From assembly GCA_003135555.1 (NCBI GenBank), contig PLCF01000040.1:16101-63595 (forward strand): a DNA stretch of 47,495 bases. Reading direction: 5' to 3'. The DNA is from Vulcanimicrobiota bacterium. GTDB taxonomy: Bacteria; Vulcanimicrobiota; Vulcanimicrobiia; Vulcanimicrobiales; Vulcanimicrobiaceae. The notes below the pieces were generated by a model. That model had not been told where the DNA came from, searched no databases, and saw nothing but the letters and a program-made list of their open reading frames with translations. Within the stretch, counting starts at the first letter, position 1; each line of letters starts with the position of its first letter. The position numbers and the translations under genes were made by a program. This document shows positions 39,800 to 47,495 of the stretch, in pieces.

Positions 39800-41496
39800 C
39801 GCTGCTGCGCTTGACGATCGAGGACGTCGGGCTGATCGCGCGCGCCGAGGTCGACTTCGCCGCGGGACTGACCGTCGTCACCGGTGAGACGGGCTCGGGG
39901 AAAACGATGCTGCTCGGCGGTCTCGCGCTCGCGCTCGGCGGGCGAGCGGAGAGCGACACCGTGCGGACCGGCGCCGAGCGCGCGCGAGCGATCCTCGAGA
40001 TTTCGCCCGACGATGCGCTGCGCGAGCGTCTCGCCGGCGCCGGCTTCACCATTGCCATCGACGACGACGTGATCGTGCAGCGCGAGGTGCTCGCGACGGG
40101 ACGCTCGCACGGACGGATCAACGGGATCCCCGCGAGCGCCGGTCAGCTGCGCGAGCTGATCGGGAGCCTGGTCGACGTCGTCTCTCAGCACGAGGCGCAG
40201 CGGCTGCTTGCGCCCGCGTTCGCGCTCGATCTCGTCGACCGGTTCGCCCTTCCCCTGAGCTCGTCGAAGGGTCAGGATGACACGGAGACGGTCGCGCTGC
40301 GTGACGAGGTGCGTCGGCTCTACGACGACGTGCGGGCGGAGCGCGAACGGGCTGCGGCTTTGCGCGACGCCGATGGCCGGAAGCTCGCGCGCGCGGAGTT
40401 CGCGCGCTTTGCGCTCGGCGAGATCGACGCCGCGGCGGTCGAGGACGACGGCGAAGACGAGCGCCTGCGCGAACGGCGCGACGTGCTAGCCAACGCGGAA
40501 CGCGTCCTGGCCTCGCTGGCAACGGCGCGTGCGGCGCTGGAAGACGACGGCGCGGCGGTCGACGCGCTCGGGGCCGCCGAAACCGCGCTGCTCGGGCTGG
40601 CGCGCTACAGCGAACGGTACGCCGAGCTGGCCGGTTCGGCAGCGGCGCTGCAGTCGGAGGCCAATGAGCTCGCCGCGCAGATCGCGCGCGAGCGCGATGC
40701 CCTCGAGCTCGACCCCGCCGAGCTCGAGGCGCTCGGCGCGCGCCTCGATGCGCTCGACGCGCTGAAGAAGAAGTACGGCGGTTCGCTGACGGCGGTGCGC
40801 GCGCAGCGCGACGCGTTCGCCGCCGAGATCGCCGACGTCGACGACCGCGACGCGCTGATCGCAGCTGCGGAGCGCGAGATCGCGGCGCTGACGGCCGCGC
40901 TGGCCGATCGCGCCGCCGCACTGAGCGCACGCCGCGCCGCGGCCGCGGCGGCGATCGAGGCCGCCGTCGCCGAGGAGCTCTCGGCGCTGGCGATGCCGGC
41001 GGCCGCGCTGCGCATCGCGCTCGAAGCACAGGCCGAGATCGGACCGGCGGGGGCCGAACGCGCGGAGCTGCGGTTCGCTGCGAACCCGGGCGACGATGAG
41101 CGGCCGCTCGCGCGGGTCGCATCGGGCGGCGAGCTGTCGCGCGTGCTCCTGGCGCTGGTGGTCGTCCTGGCGGACCGCCGCGAACGCACGGCGCTCGTGT
41201 TCGACGAAATCGACGCCGGGATCGGCGGCGCCACCGCCGTCGCCGTCGGCGCGCGGCTGGCCCGGCTCGCCGCGGCCGCGCAGATCGTGTGCGTGACGCA
41301 TTTGGCGCAAATCGCCTCGTGCGGCGACGCGCACGTGGCCTTGCGCAAAGAGTCGCTCGGCGCCGCGACCACGATCGGCGCCGTTACCCTCGACGCCGCT
41401 ACGCGCCGGGCCGAGATCGCGCGGATGCTCTCGGGTCAGGAAGAGGGCGTCGCGCTCGAGCACGCCGACGAATTGCTGGCTGCCCGCGGCCGGTAG
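39796..41496 (+). CDS. recN: DNA repair protein RecN
   Basis: Walker A TGETGSGKT, signature ASGGELSR, FDEIDAGIGG, VTHLAQIA and EIARMLSG. Confidence 0.96.
   Translation: MTLLRLTIEDVGLIARAEVDFAAGLTVVTGETGSGKTMLLGGLALALGGRAESDTVRTGAERARAILEISPDDALRERLAGAGFTIAIDDDVIVQREVLATGRSHGRINGIPASAGQLRELIGSLVDVVSQHEAQRLLAPAFALDLVDRFALPLSSSKGQDDTETVALRDEVRRLYDDVRAERERAAALRDADGRKLARAEFARFALGEIDAAAVEDDGEDERLRERRDVLANAERVLASLATARAALEDDGAAVDALGAAETALLGLARYSERYAELAGSAAALQSEANELAAQIARERDALELDPAELEALGARLDALDALKKKYGGSLTAVRAQRDAFAAEIADVDDRDALIAAAEREIAALTAALADRAAALSARRAAAAAAIEAAVAEELSALAMPAAALRIALEAQAEIGPAGAERAELRFAANPGDDERPLARVASGGELSRVLLALVVVLADRRERTALVFDEIDAGIGGATAVAVGARLARLAAAAQIVCVTHLAQIASCGDAHVALRKESLGAATTIGAVTLDAATRRAEIARMLSGQEEGVALEHADELLAARGR
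40253..40282 (+). repeat. REP-like palindromic element remnant inserted in frame in recN
   Basis: CCCTGAGCTCGTCGAAGGG + TCAGGATGACA resembles both ends of the CCCTGAGCTTGTCGAAGGG...CTTCGACAAGCTCAGGATGAC repeat family (recalled from memory). Confidence 0.6.
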
Positions 41497-41642
41497 CCAT
41501 TCCTCAGGCGGCCCGTTTCGGCCCCGGCCGAGCGTGACGGGGCGCACTTTGGACACCGGCGCCGCTCCGGCACGTTACCGGCCGATTAGAGACTCAGATG
41601 TCCCCCAGGTTAGGGGGGCGGACTAAGGAGTACAATCGCCTC

Positions 41643-42272
41643 ATGCGGACGGTGCTGCTGGCAGCCCTTCTCGCCCTCGCTCCTTGCGCGGCTGCAGCCG
41701 ACGAGGCGCCCAGCCTTGCCACGGTCCCGGCCGTGCTCGCGGCGTTGTCGGCGTCGCCCGAACAGAGTGAAGAGTACAAGGCGTCGGTGGCGCTGCGCGT
41801 GCGCCTGCGCGTGTTCCCGTTCATCCGGGTCACGCTGCACGGCGATTCATGGTACAAGCGGCCCGGACTCTACCGGTTCGTCTTCCGCGGCGTGCCTTTG
41901 ATCGCCCGGGCCTTCTCCGACATGAAGTACGATCTGGGCGATCCGGCGCGCTGGCCGGAGCGTTACGACATCGCGCTCGCCCCGCAGTCGACCCCGGCCG
42001 CACCGATTTTGCGGCTCGTTCCGAAGTCGCCCGTGATGGTGCGGACGCTCGACGTCGCGATCGACCCGGCCCACGGGCGGATCGTCAAGGCGATCTGGTC
42101 GCGCAACGACGGGGGCGTGATCACGCTGGTGCAGACCTACGCGCCGATCTCCGGGCACGCGTACGTCGCCAAACAGACGGCCAAGATCGATCTGCCGCGA
42201 ATGAAGGCGGATCTCGAGGCGGAGTACTCCGACTTCTCCGCCACGGAAGCATCGGTAGGCGTCGCGCCGTAA
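41643..42272 (+). CDS. Secreted hypothetical protein (possible LolA/MucB-like beta fold)
   Basis: Signal peptide MRTVLLAALLALAPCAAAA; beta-rich pattern WYKRPG..RF, LRLVPK and ID....I.K. Confidence 0.6.
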   Translation: MRTVLLAALLALAPCAAAADEAPSLATVPAVLAALSASPEQSEEYKASVALRVRLRVFPFIRVTLHGDSWYKRPGLYRFVFRGVPLIARAFSDMKYDLGDPARWPERYDIALAPQSTPAAPILRLVPKSPVMVRTLDVAIDPAHGRIVKAIWSRNDGGVITLVQTYAPISGHAYVAKQTAKIDLPRMKADLEAEYSDFSATEASVGVAP

Positions 42273-42282
42273 TAGTCGGGCG

Positions 42283-43350
42283 ATGCCCGACGTCCACTTC
42301 GCCAGCGACAACAACGCCGGCGTCCATCCCGACATCCTCGCCGCGCTCACCAGCGCCAACCAGGGCCACGTCCCCGGCTACGGTGACGACGAGTACACGC
42401 AGCGTGCCGAACGCGCTTTCCGGGCGCTGCTCGGCGACGATGCGCGGGTCTTCTTCGCGTTCAACGGCACCGGGGCCAACGTGGTCGCGCTCGCGGCCGG
42501 GCTGCGGCCGTACCAATCCGTGATCTGCCCCGAGGCCGCCCACCTCGCGGTCGACGAGTGCGGCGCGTACGAACGCTTCGCCGGAGCGAAGCTGATCGAC
42601 GTCCCGGTCGAGAACGGCAAGCTGACGCCGGACGACGTCGAGCGCCGGATGCGCGGCATCGGCGACCAGCACCACGTGCAGCCCGGCGCAATCTCGATCT
42701 CCCAGTCGACCGAGGTCGGGACGGTGTATACCGTGGCCGAGTTGCGCGCGTTGGGCGAGGTGGCGCGCAAGAGCGATCTGCTGTTCCACGTCGACGGCGC
42801 GCGCCTGGCGAACGCAGCGGTCGCCCTCGGCGTCGACCTGCGCACGTTGCTGCTCGAGACCGGCGTCGACGTGTGCACCTTCGGCGGAACCAAGAACGGC
42901 CTGATGTTCGGAGAGGCGATCGTCTTCCCCAAGTACCATCCGGCGGTCGACGCGCTGCTCTACACCCGCAAGCAGGGGATGCAGCTGGCCTCGAAGATGC
43001 GTTTCGTCGCGGTACAGTTCGAGGCGCTGCTGCACGATGATTTGTGGCGCCGCAACGCGGCCCAGGCGAACGCCATGGCGCGCCTGCTGGCGGCGCGCCT
43101 GCGCGATCTCGACGACGTCGTCCAACTGGCCTATCCGGTCGAAGCCAACGGCGTCTTCGCGGTGCTGCCGCTCGATGCGGTCGAACCGCTGCAGCGCGAA
43201 CGGCGTTTCTACATGTGGGATGCCCAGCGCGGCGTCGCACGCTGGATGACCGCTTGGGACACGACCGAGCAGGACGTGCACACGTTCGCCGACGCCGTCT
43301 GGCGCATCGCTCCGCCCCAAAAACGCGTGCCGACCAAGGTCGACGCGTAG
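42283..43350 (+). CDS. ltaE: Low-specificity L-threonine aldolase
   Basis: Motifs FASDN, YGDD, FNGTGAN, HVDGARLANA, FGGTKNG and SKMRF. Confidence 0.93.
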   Translation: MPDVHFASDNNAGVHPDILAALTSANQGHVPGYGDDEYTQRAERAFRALLGDDARVFFAFNGTGANVVALAAGLRPYQSVICPEAAHLAVDECGAYERFAGAKLIDVPVENGKLTPDDVERRMRGIGDQHHVQPGAISISQSTEVGTVYTVAELRALGEVARKSDLLFHVDGARLANAAVALGVDLRTLLLETGVDVCTFGGTKNGLMFGEAIVFPKYHPAVDALLYTRKQGMQLASKMRFVAVQFEALLHDDLWRRNAAQANAMARLLAARLRDLDDVVQLAYPVEANGVFAVLPLDAVEPLQRERRFYMWDAQRGVARWMTAWDTTEQDVHTFADAVWRIAPPQKRVPTKVDA

Positions 43351-43775
43351 TGGCGCTCGAGGAGTTTCGCTTCCGCCTCGACATCCGCGTCGTGTTCGGC
43401 GAGATCGACTACTACCGCCACGTCAACAACGTCGCGTACGTGCGGTGGATGGAGACGGCCCGGATCGACTACTGCGGCGTGGCGTTGGGCAAGCCGCTCG
43501 GCGCGCCGCAAAACGTGATCATGGCCTCGCAGGATTTTCACTACGAACGCCAAGCCGCGTTCGGCGAGCGGATGGTCATGGGTTGCCGGTGCTCGCGCGT
43601 CGGCACCAAGTCGCTCGACCTGACCTACGAACTGTGGCGCGGGCCGGAACGCATCGGACACGGGGTGTCGGCGCTGGTCGCGTTCGACTATGCCGCGAAC
43701 GGCTCGATCCGCGTCCCCGACGAATGGCGCCGCCGCGTCGCGGAGTACGAGATCGTCGCGCCGGCCGGGCTGTAG
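43350..43775 (+). CDS. Acyl-CoA thioesterase (4HBT/YbgC hotdog fold)
   Basis: FGEIDYYRHVNNVAYVRWMETAR and VGTKS. GTG start overlaps the ltaE stop. Confidence 0.88.
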   Translation: MALEEFRFRLDIRVVFGEIDYYRHVNNVAYVRWMETARIDYCGVALGKPLGAPQNVIMASQDFHYERQAAFGERMVMGCRCSRVGTKSLDLTYELWRGPERIGHGVSALVAFDYAANGSIRVPDEWRRRVAEYEIVAPAGL

Positions 43776-43907
43776 CTCGTCGTGGGGACGCGACTGATGA
43801 AGACGTCACGCCGCGTCGGCGAGATCTGCCCCGGTATGTGTGAGGACCCCCGCTAGGTCTGTCCTAACGTCCAGCCGAAGGTGTCGTCGTCAAAGGAGGG
43901 GTGTCTA

Positions 43908-45431
43908 ATGTCGATCAGCCGCCGTCAATTCGTGCGTACCGGTAGCTCCGCCGCGTTGGCGGGGGCGGTAGTGCCGCTACTGAGTCCTCCGTCGCCGGCG
44001 GAAGCGGCGGTAATGCCGCGGATGAAACTCGAGACCTTCTCGGCCACTGCGTCAAACGTCACCAGATTGCGGACCGCAGTCGCGGCGATGATGGCGCTTC
44101 CGGCGAAGAACCATCGCAGCTGGTTCTGGCAATCGGCCGTCCACGCGGTGCTGTCCTCGTGGGTCTCCGGGCTGCCTTCCGGGACCGCGCCTCCGGTCGC
44201 ACAGCAAACGCAGTTCTGGAACCAGTGCCCGCACGATCCGTCGCACGGATCGGCCGAGTTCCTGATCTGGCACCGCGCGTACCTGTACTATTTCGAGCGG
44301 ACGTTGCGTGCCGTGGCGAGCGACCCGACCCTGAGCTTGCCGTATTGGAACTACGAAGATCCAACGCAGACGAAGCTGCCGGCGATCTACCGAACGCCGA
44401 CCACGGGAAACCCGCTGTTCATCACGCAGCGCACGCCCTCGCTCAACGCCGGGACGGGGATGTTGAGCCCGGGAGCCGTCGACGCGACAGCGGCGCTGGC
44501 CAGCACGATCTTCTTCGGAACGACGAGCGGCAACTTCGGTGGATACATCGCGATCGGCACGGAGCCCTCGAACAAGGGGCTGATCGAGAGGCGTCCGCAC
44601 GACACCGTTCACGGCGCGATCGGCAGCCCGGGATGGATGGGTTCCGTGCCGACCGCGGCGTTCGATCCGATCTTCTGGCCGCATCACGCTGAGATCGACC
44701 ATCTGTTCACGCTCTGGGACTGCGTCGACAAGCGGACGTGGGGTCCGCCGTCGTCCTACGATGCGTGGTGGGACAAGCCGGTAGGATGGTTTATGGACGC
44801 CAGCGGTACGGCCGTGAATCCCCCGCGCCGGTTCTTCGCGAAGAACGCGACTCTGGACGTGCACTACGACGTCGAGACGCCGGGCTGCGTACCGCTGACC
44901 CCGCCGCCTGCGTCGGTGTCAAAGTTCAGCATCCTCAATGAGTTCGCTGCGCAGCGGTCGCTTCGGCTCGGCGCGGTGAGCGGTGTGAGCCTGTCGGCGG
45001 ACGGGCCGGTATCGAGCGCCGTGCCGATCGACGCGCAGAAACTCCGCGCGCGCGGCGTGAAGGCGTTCGCCGCGAATTCGCCCGACCGGCTGATCCTGGG
45101 CGTCGGCGGAATCGAATACACGACCCCACCCTCGGTTGCATACGACGTCTATGTCACCTCACCCGGACCGACGCAGGCCCCAGGGCGCTATCGGGCCGGG
45201 GTCCTGACGTTCTTCAGCCATCCCCACGGGATGGGGAAAGGCCCCGCGGGGGAACAGCTCTTCGACATCACCGCGGTCGCGCGCGAGCAAGGCGTCCTCG
45301 CGGACAAGCTCGAGGTGACGTTCGTCCCGTTCGACCTTGTCGTGGACGCCGACGGCAAGCCGGCCGCGAAACGCGCGTCCGACGTTCGAATCGCGACCAT
45401 CGAGTTGCGGGAGGTCACCGCACGGCTCTGA
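43908..45431 (+). CDS. Tat-exported tyrosinase/polyphenol oxidase with C-terminal shielding domain
   Basis: SD AAAGGAGG and Tat motif SRRQFV. CuA: H, CPH, FLIWHR; LPYWNY; CuB: PHDTVH...MG....AAFDPIFWPHH. Confidence 0.92.
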   Translation: MSISRRQFVRTGSSAALAGAVVPLLSPPSPAEAAVMPRMKLETFSATASNVTRLRTAVAAMMALPAKNHRSWFWQSAVHAVLSSWVSGLPSGTAPPVAQQTQFWNQCPHDPSHGSAEFLIWHRAYLYYFERTLRAVASDPTLSLPYWNYEDPTQTKLPAIYRTPTTGNPLFITQRTPSLNAGTGMLSPGAVDATAALASTIFFGTTSGNFGGYIAIGTEPSNKGLIERRPHDTVHGAIGSPGWMGSVPTAAFDPIFWPHHAEIDHLFTLWDCVDKRTWGPPSSYDAWWDKPVGWFMDASGTAVNPPRRFFAKNATLDVHYDVETPGCVPLTPPPASVSKFSILNEFAAQRSLRLGAVSGVSLSADGPVSSAVPIDAQKLRARGVKAFAANSPDRLILGVGGIEYTTPPSVAYDVYVTSPGPTQAPGRYRAGVLTFFSHPHGMGKGPAGEQLFDITAVAREQGVLADKLEVTFVPFDLVVDADGKPAAKRASDVRIATIELREVTARL

Positions 45432-45480
45432 CGAGACCGATCCGGGCGAACATTCGGCGCCGCATGCGCGTTCGTAGAGC

Positions 45481-46053
45481 ATGGATCGCGGAATGTTCGC
45501 GCTGGTGCTGTTGGCCGCCGTGCTGCAGGCCGGAGGGACGTCGCGGCCCGCGAGCGCGCATGCCTCGGACGTCGTGAGCGAGTTCGGATCGGTCCGCGCG
45601 ATCCGGCTCGGTGGGACGACGAACGTGAAACTGTCCGCGACCGCTCCGGTTTCCCGCATGGTCTCGCTGGCGACGCAGAAGCCGTTCGATGGGAAATGCC
45701 GCCTCATGCTCGAGCTGGCTGATATCACGTTTTCAGCGCCGCCGTCCGTCGCTTTCGAAGTGTATGTCGACCTGCCCGCGGGCGCGGCGCCGAAACCGGG
45801 CGATGCGCATCACGTGGGATCGCTCACGTTCTACGGTCTGGACGGTAAGCGTTCGCCGCCCGGCGCGCACGCGGTTGGACAGCTGTTCGACATCACGTCG
45901 CCGGCGCGTGCCAAAGCGTTCGGCGGAGGAAAGCTCGAGGTGACGTTCGTCCCGTTCCCGTTGGTCGTCGCGACGAGCGGTAGTTCGGCCCCGACACCGG
46001 TGTCCGGCGTCGAGATCGGGCGGATCGAAGTCCGCCTGGTGAAGGCGCCGTAG
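45481..46053 (+). CDS. Secreted stand-alone homologue of the tyrosinase C-terminal domain
   Basis: Signal peptide. PPSVAFEVYV, G.LTF, QLFDIT and KLEVTFVPF are shared with the upstream tyrosinase C-terminus. Confidence 0.8.
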   Translation: MDRGMFALVLLAAVLQAGGTSRPASAHASDVVSEFGSVRAIRLGGTTNVKLSATAPVSRMVSLATQKPFDGKCRLMLELADITFSAPPSVAFEVYVDLPAGAAPKPGDAHHVGSLTFYGLDGKRSPPGAHAVGQLFDITSPARAKAFGGGKLEVTFVPFPLVVATSGSSAPTPVSGVEIGRIEVRLVKAP

Positions 46054-46085
46054 GCCGAATCCGCGATCGTCCCGCCGGCCCGCCT

Positions 46086-47495
46086 TTAGTTCGCGGGTAG
46101 GCGGTGGATCTTGAGGACGTTCGTGCCGCCGGCGCCGACCGGCATCCCGCTGGTGATCGCGATCGTCTCGCCGGGCGAGGCGTGGCCCTCGGCGACCACG
46201 CGGGCTTCGGCGATCTCGATGAGCGTCTCGATGTAGCGGTAGCTCTGCACGACCGACGACTCGACGCCCCAGACTACGCCCATGCGGCGGGCGACCGAAT
46301 CCAGCGGGGTGAGCGCGACGATCCGCGCGCGCGGGCGAAACGAGCTGATGTGGCGGGCGGTGTTGCCGGTGGTCGTCCCGGTCACCACCAGGCGCAGTCC
46401 CAGCGAGTCGGCGGCGCCGACGGCCGCCTCGGCGATCGCCATGCCGATGTCCTCGTCGGTCTCGATCCCGCCGTAGTCGGTCGAGCGGCGCTTGCGGATC
46501 TCCTTGTACGGATACTTCGACTCGACTTGCAGCGCGATCGTCGCCATGACGCGCACCGCTTCGAGCGGGTAGGCGCCGCGCGCGGTCTCGCCGGACAGCA
46601 TCACGGCGTCGGTGCCGTCGAGGATGGCATTGGCGACGTCGGTCGCCTCGGCACGCGTCGGTCGCGGCGACGAGACCATCGACTCGAGCATTTGCGTTGC
46701 CGTGACGACGGGCTTGGACGCGCGGTTGGCGCGCTGGATCAAATCCTTTTGGGTCATCGGAACTTCTTCGAGCGGGATCTCGATCCCAAGATCGCCGCGC
46801 GCCACCATGATCCCGTCCGCGACGAGCAGGATGTCGTCGATATGCTCGAGCGCCTCGTGCTTCTCGATCTTCGCCATGACCGGGATGTCGTGACCGGCGT
46901 CGCTGAGGTGTGATTTCACGCGCCAGACATCTTGCGCCGTGCGAACGAACGACACCGCGACCCAATCGACGCCCTGCGCCATCCCGAAATCGAGGTGCTC
47001 GAGATCCTTGTCCGTGACCGCCTCGATATCGAGCGTGCCGTCGGGATAGTTTATCCCCTGGCGCTCGCGCAGCTCGCCGCCCGTTTCGACCACGGTGCGA
47101 ATCCGCGGGCCATCGATCCCCTGCACGCGCAACGCGATCGAGCCGTCGGCGAGGTAGATGCGCTTGCCGACCTCGACGTCGGCAGCGAGGCGCGGGTAGG
47201 ACACGCTCACGAGCCGCTCGTCACCGGGGATGTCCTCGGTGGTCAGCGTGAAGGCTGCGCCCGATTGGAGCCGCACCGAGGCGGTGCCGTCGGCGAACGT
47301 GCCGGTGCGCACCTTGGGGCCGGGCAGATCTTGAAGGATCGCGACGTGCACGCCGAGCTCCCGCGCGATGCGCCGAACGTCGGCGATGATCGCTGCGTGA
47401 TCCTCGTGCGTGCCGTGCGAAAAGTTCAGGCGCACGACGTTGACGCCACCCAAGAAAAACGAGCGCAGCATCGCCGGATCGCGCGACGCGGGCCC
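46086..47495 (-). CDS. pyk: Pyruvate kinase (5' end outside window)
   Basis: Motifs RLNFSHG, DLPGPK.R, AKIE, MVARGDLG, ATQMLESM...PTRAE and DAVMLSGETA. Confidence 0.97.
   Translation of the reverse strand, partial: GPASRDPAMLRSFFLGGVNVVRLNFSHGTHEDHAAIIADVRRIARELGVHVAILQDLPGPKVRTGTFADGTASVRLQSGAAFTLTTEDIPGDERLVSVSYPRLAADVEVGKRIYLADGSIALRVQGIDGPRIRTVVETGGELRERQGINYPDGTLDIEAVTDKDLEHLDFGMAQGVDWVAVSFVRTAQDVWRVKSHLSDAGHDIPVMAKIEKHEALEHIDDILLVADGIMVARGDLGIEIPLEEVPMTQKDLIQRANRASKPVVTATQMLESMVSSPRPTRAEATDVANAILDGTDAVMLSGETARGAYPLEAVRVMATIALQVESKYPYKEIRKRRSTDYGGIETDEDIGMAIAEAAVGAADSLGLRLVVTGTTTGNTARHISSFRPRARIVALTPLDSVARRMGVVWGVESSVVQSYRYIETLIEIAEARVVAEGHASPGETIAITSGMPVGAGGTNVLKIHRLPAN

Noticed and set aside
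45445..45478. Possible LexA box before the tyrosinase partner gene (CGAAC...GTTCG)
   Set aside because: The half-sites are much more than 4 nt apart and do not fit the consensus.

Overview
High-GC bacterial chromosomal window, mostly core genome, with about 51 tightly packed CDSs. No rRNA, tRNA, CRISPR array or transposase was seen. Gene order: ftsH (partial), two M16-like genes, glycosyltransferases, rsmA and a 3D/G5 cell-wall gene, a LexA-box operon (RNase H-like gene + mpg), a rho-like gene, rluB, aroH, a TonB/ExbB/ExbD cluster, PilZ, uppP, an MTase-like/HD-like pair, cysK-moaC-mog-folC-folP-folB-folK, an HD-GYP gene, accB-like-accC-nusB-PBP1A-xseAB, Fic, tlyA-nadK-recN, ltaE, a thioesterase, a Tat tyrosinase with a partner gene, and pyk (partial). 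Firmicute-like gene order plus a TonB system and a Gram-positive-type LexA box suggest a diderm Terrabacteria lineage such as Candidatus Eremiobacterota (inference only). Most notable signals: (1) an intact Rho homologue that keeps its RNA-binding domain but has lost most ATPase motifs; (2) a lysine-free, non-biotinylatable BCCP in the accB slot, resembling plant BADC proteins; (3) an SOS-box promoter driving an unknown RNase H-fold gene with mpg; (4) a stand-alone copy of the tyrosinase shielding domain; (5) a dead adenine MTase coupled to a degenerate HD-GYP protein; (6) repeated non-canonical start codons; (7) a four-way-junction RNA candidate; (8) an in-frame REP-like remnant inside recN. 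All family assignments come from recognising motifs by eye; no database search was run.
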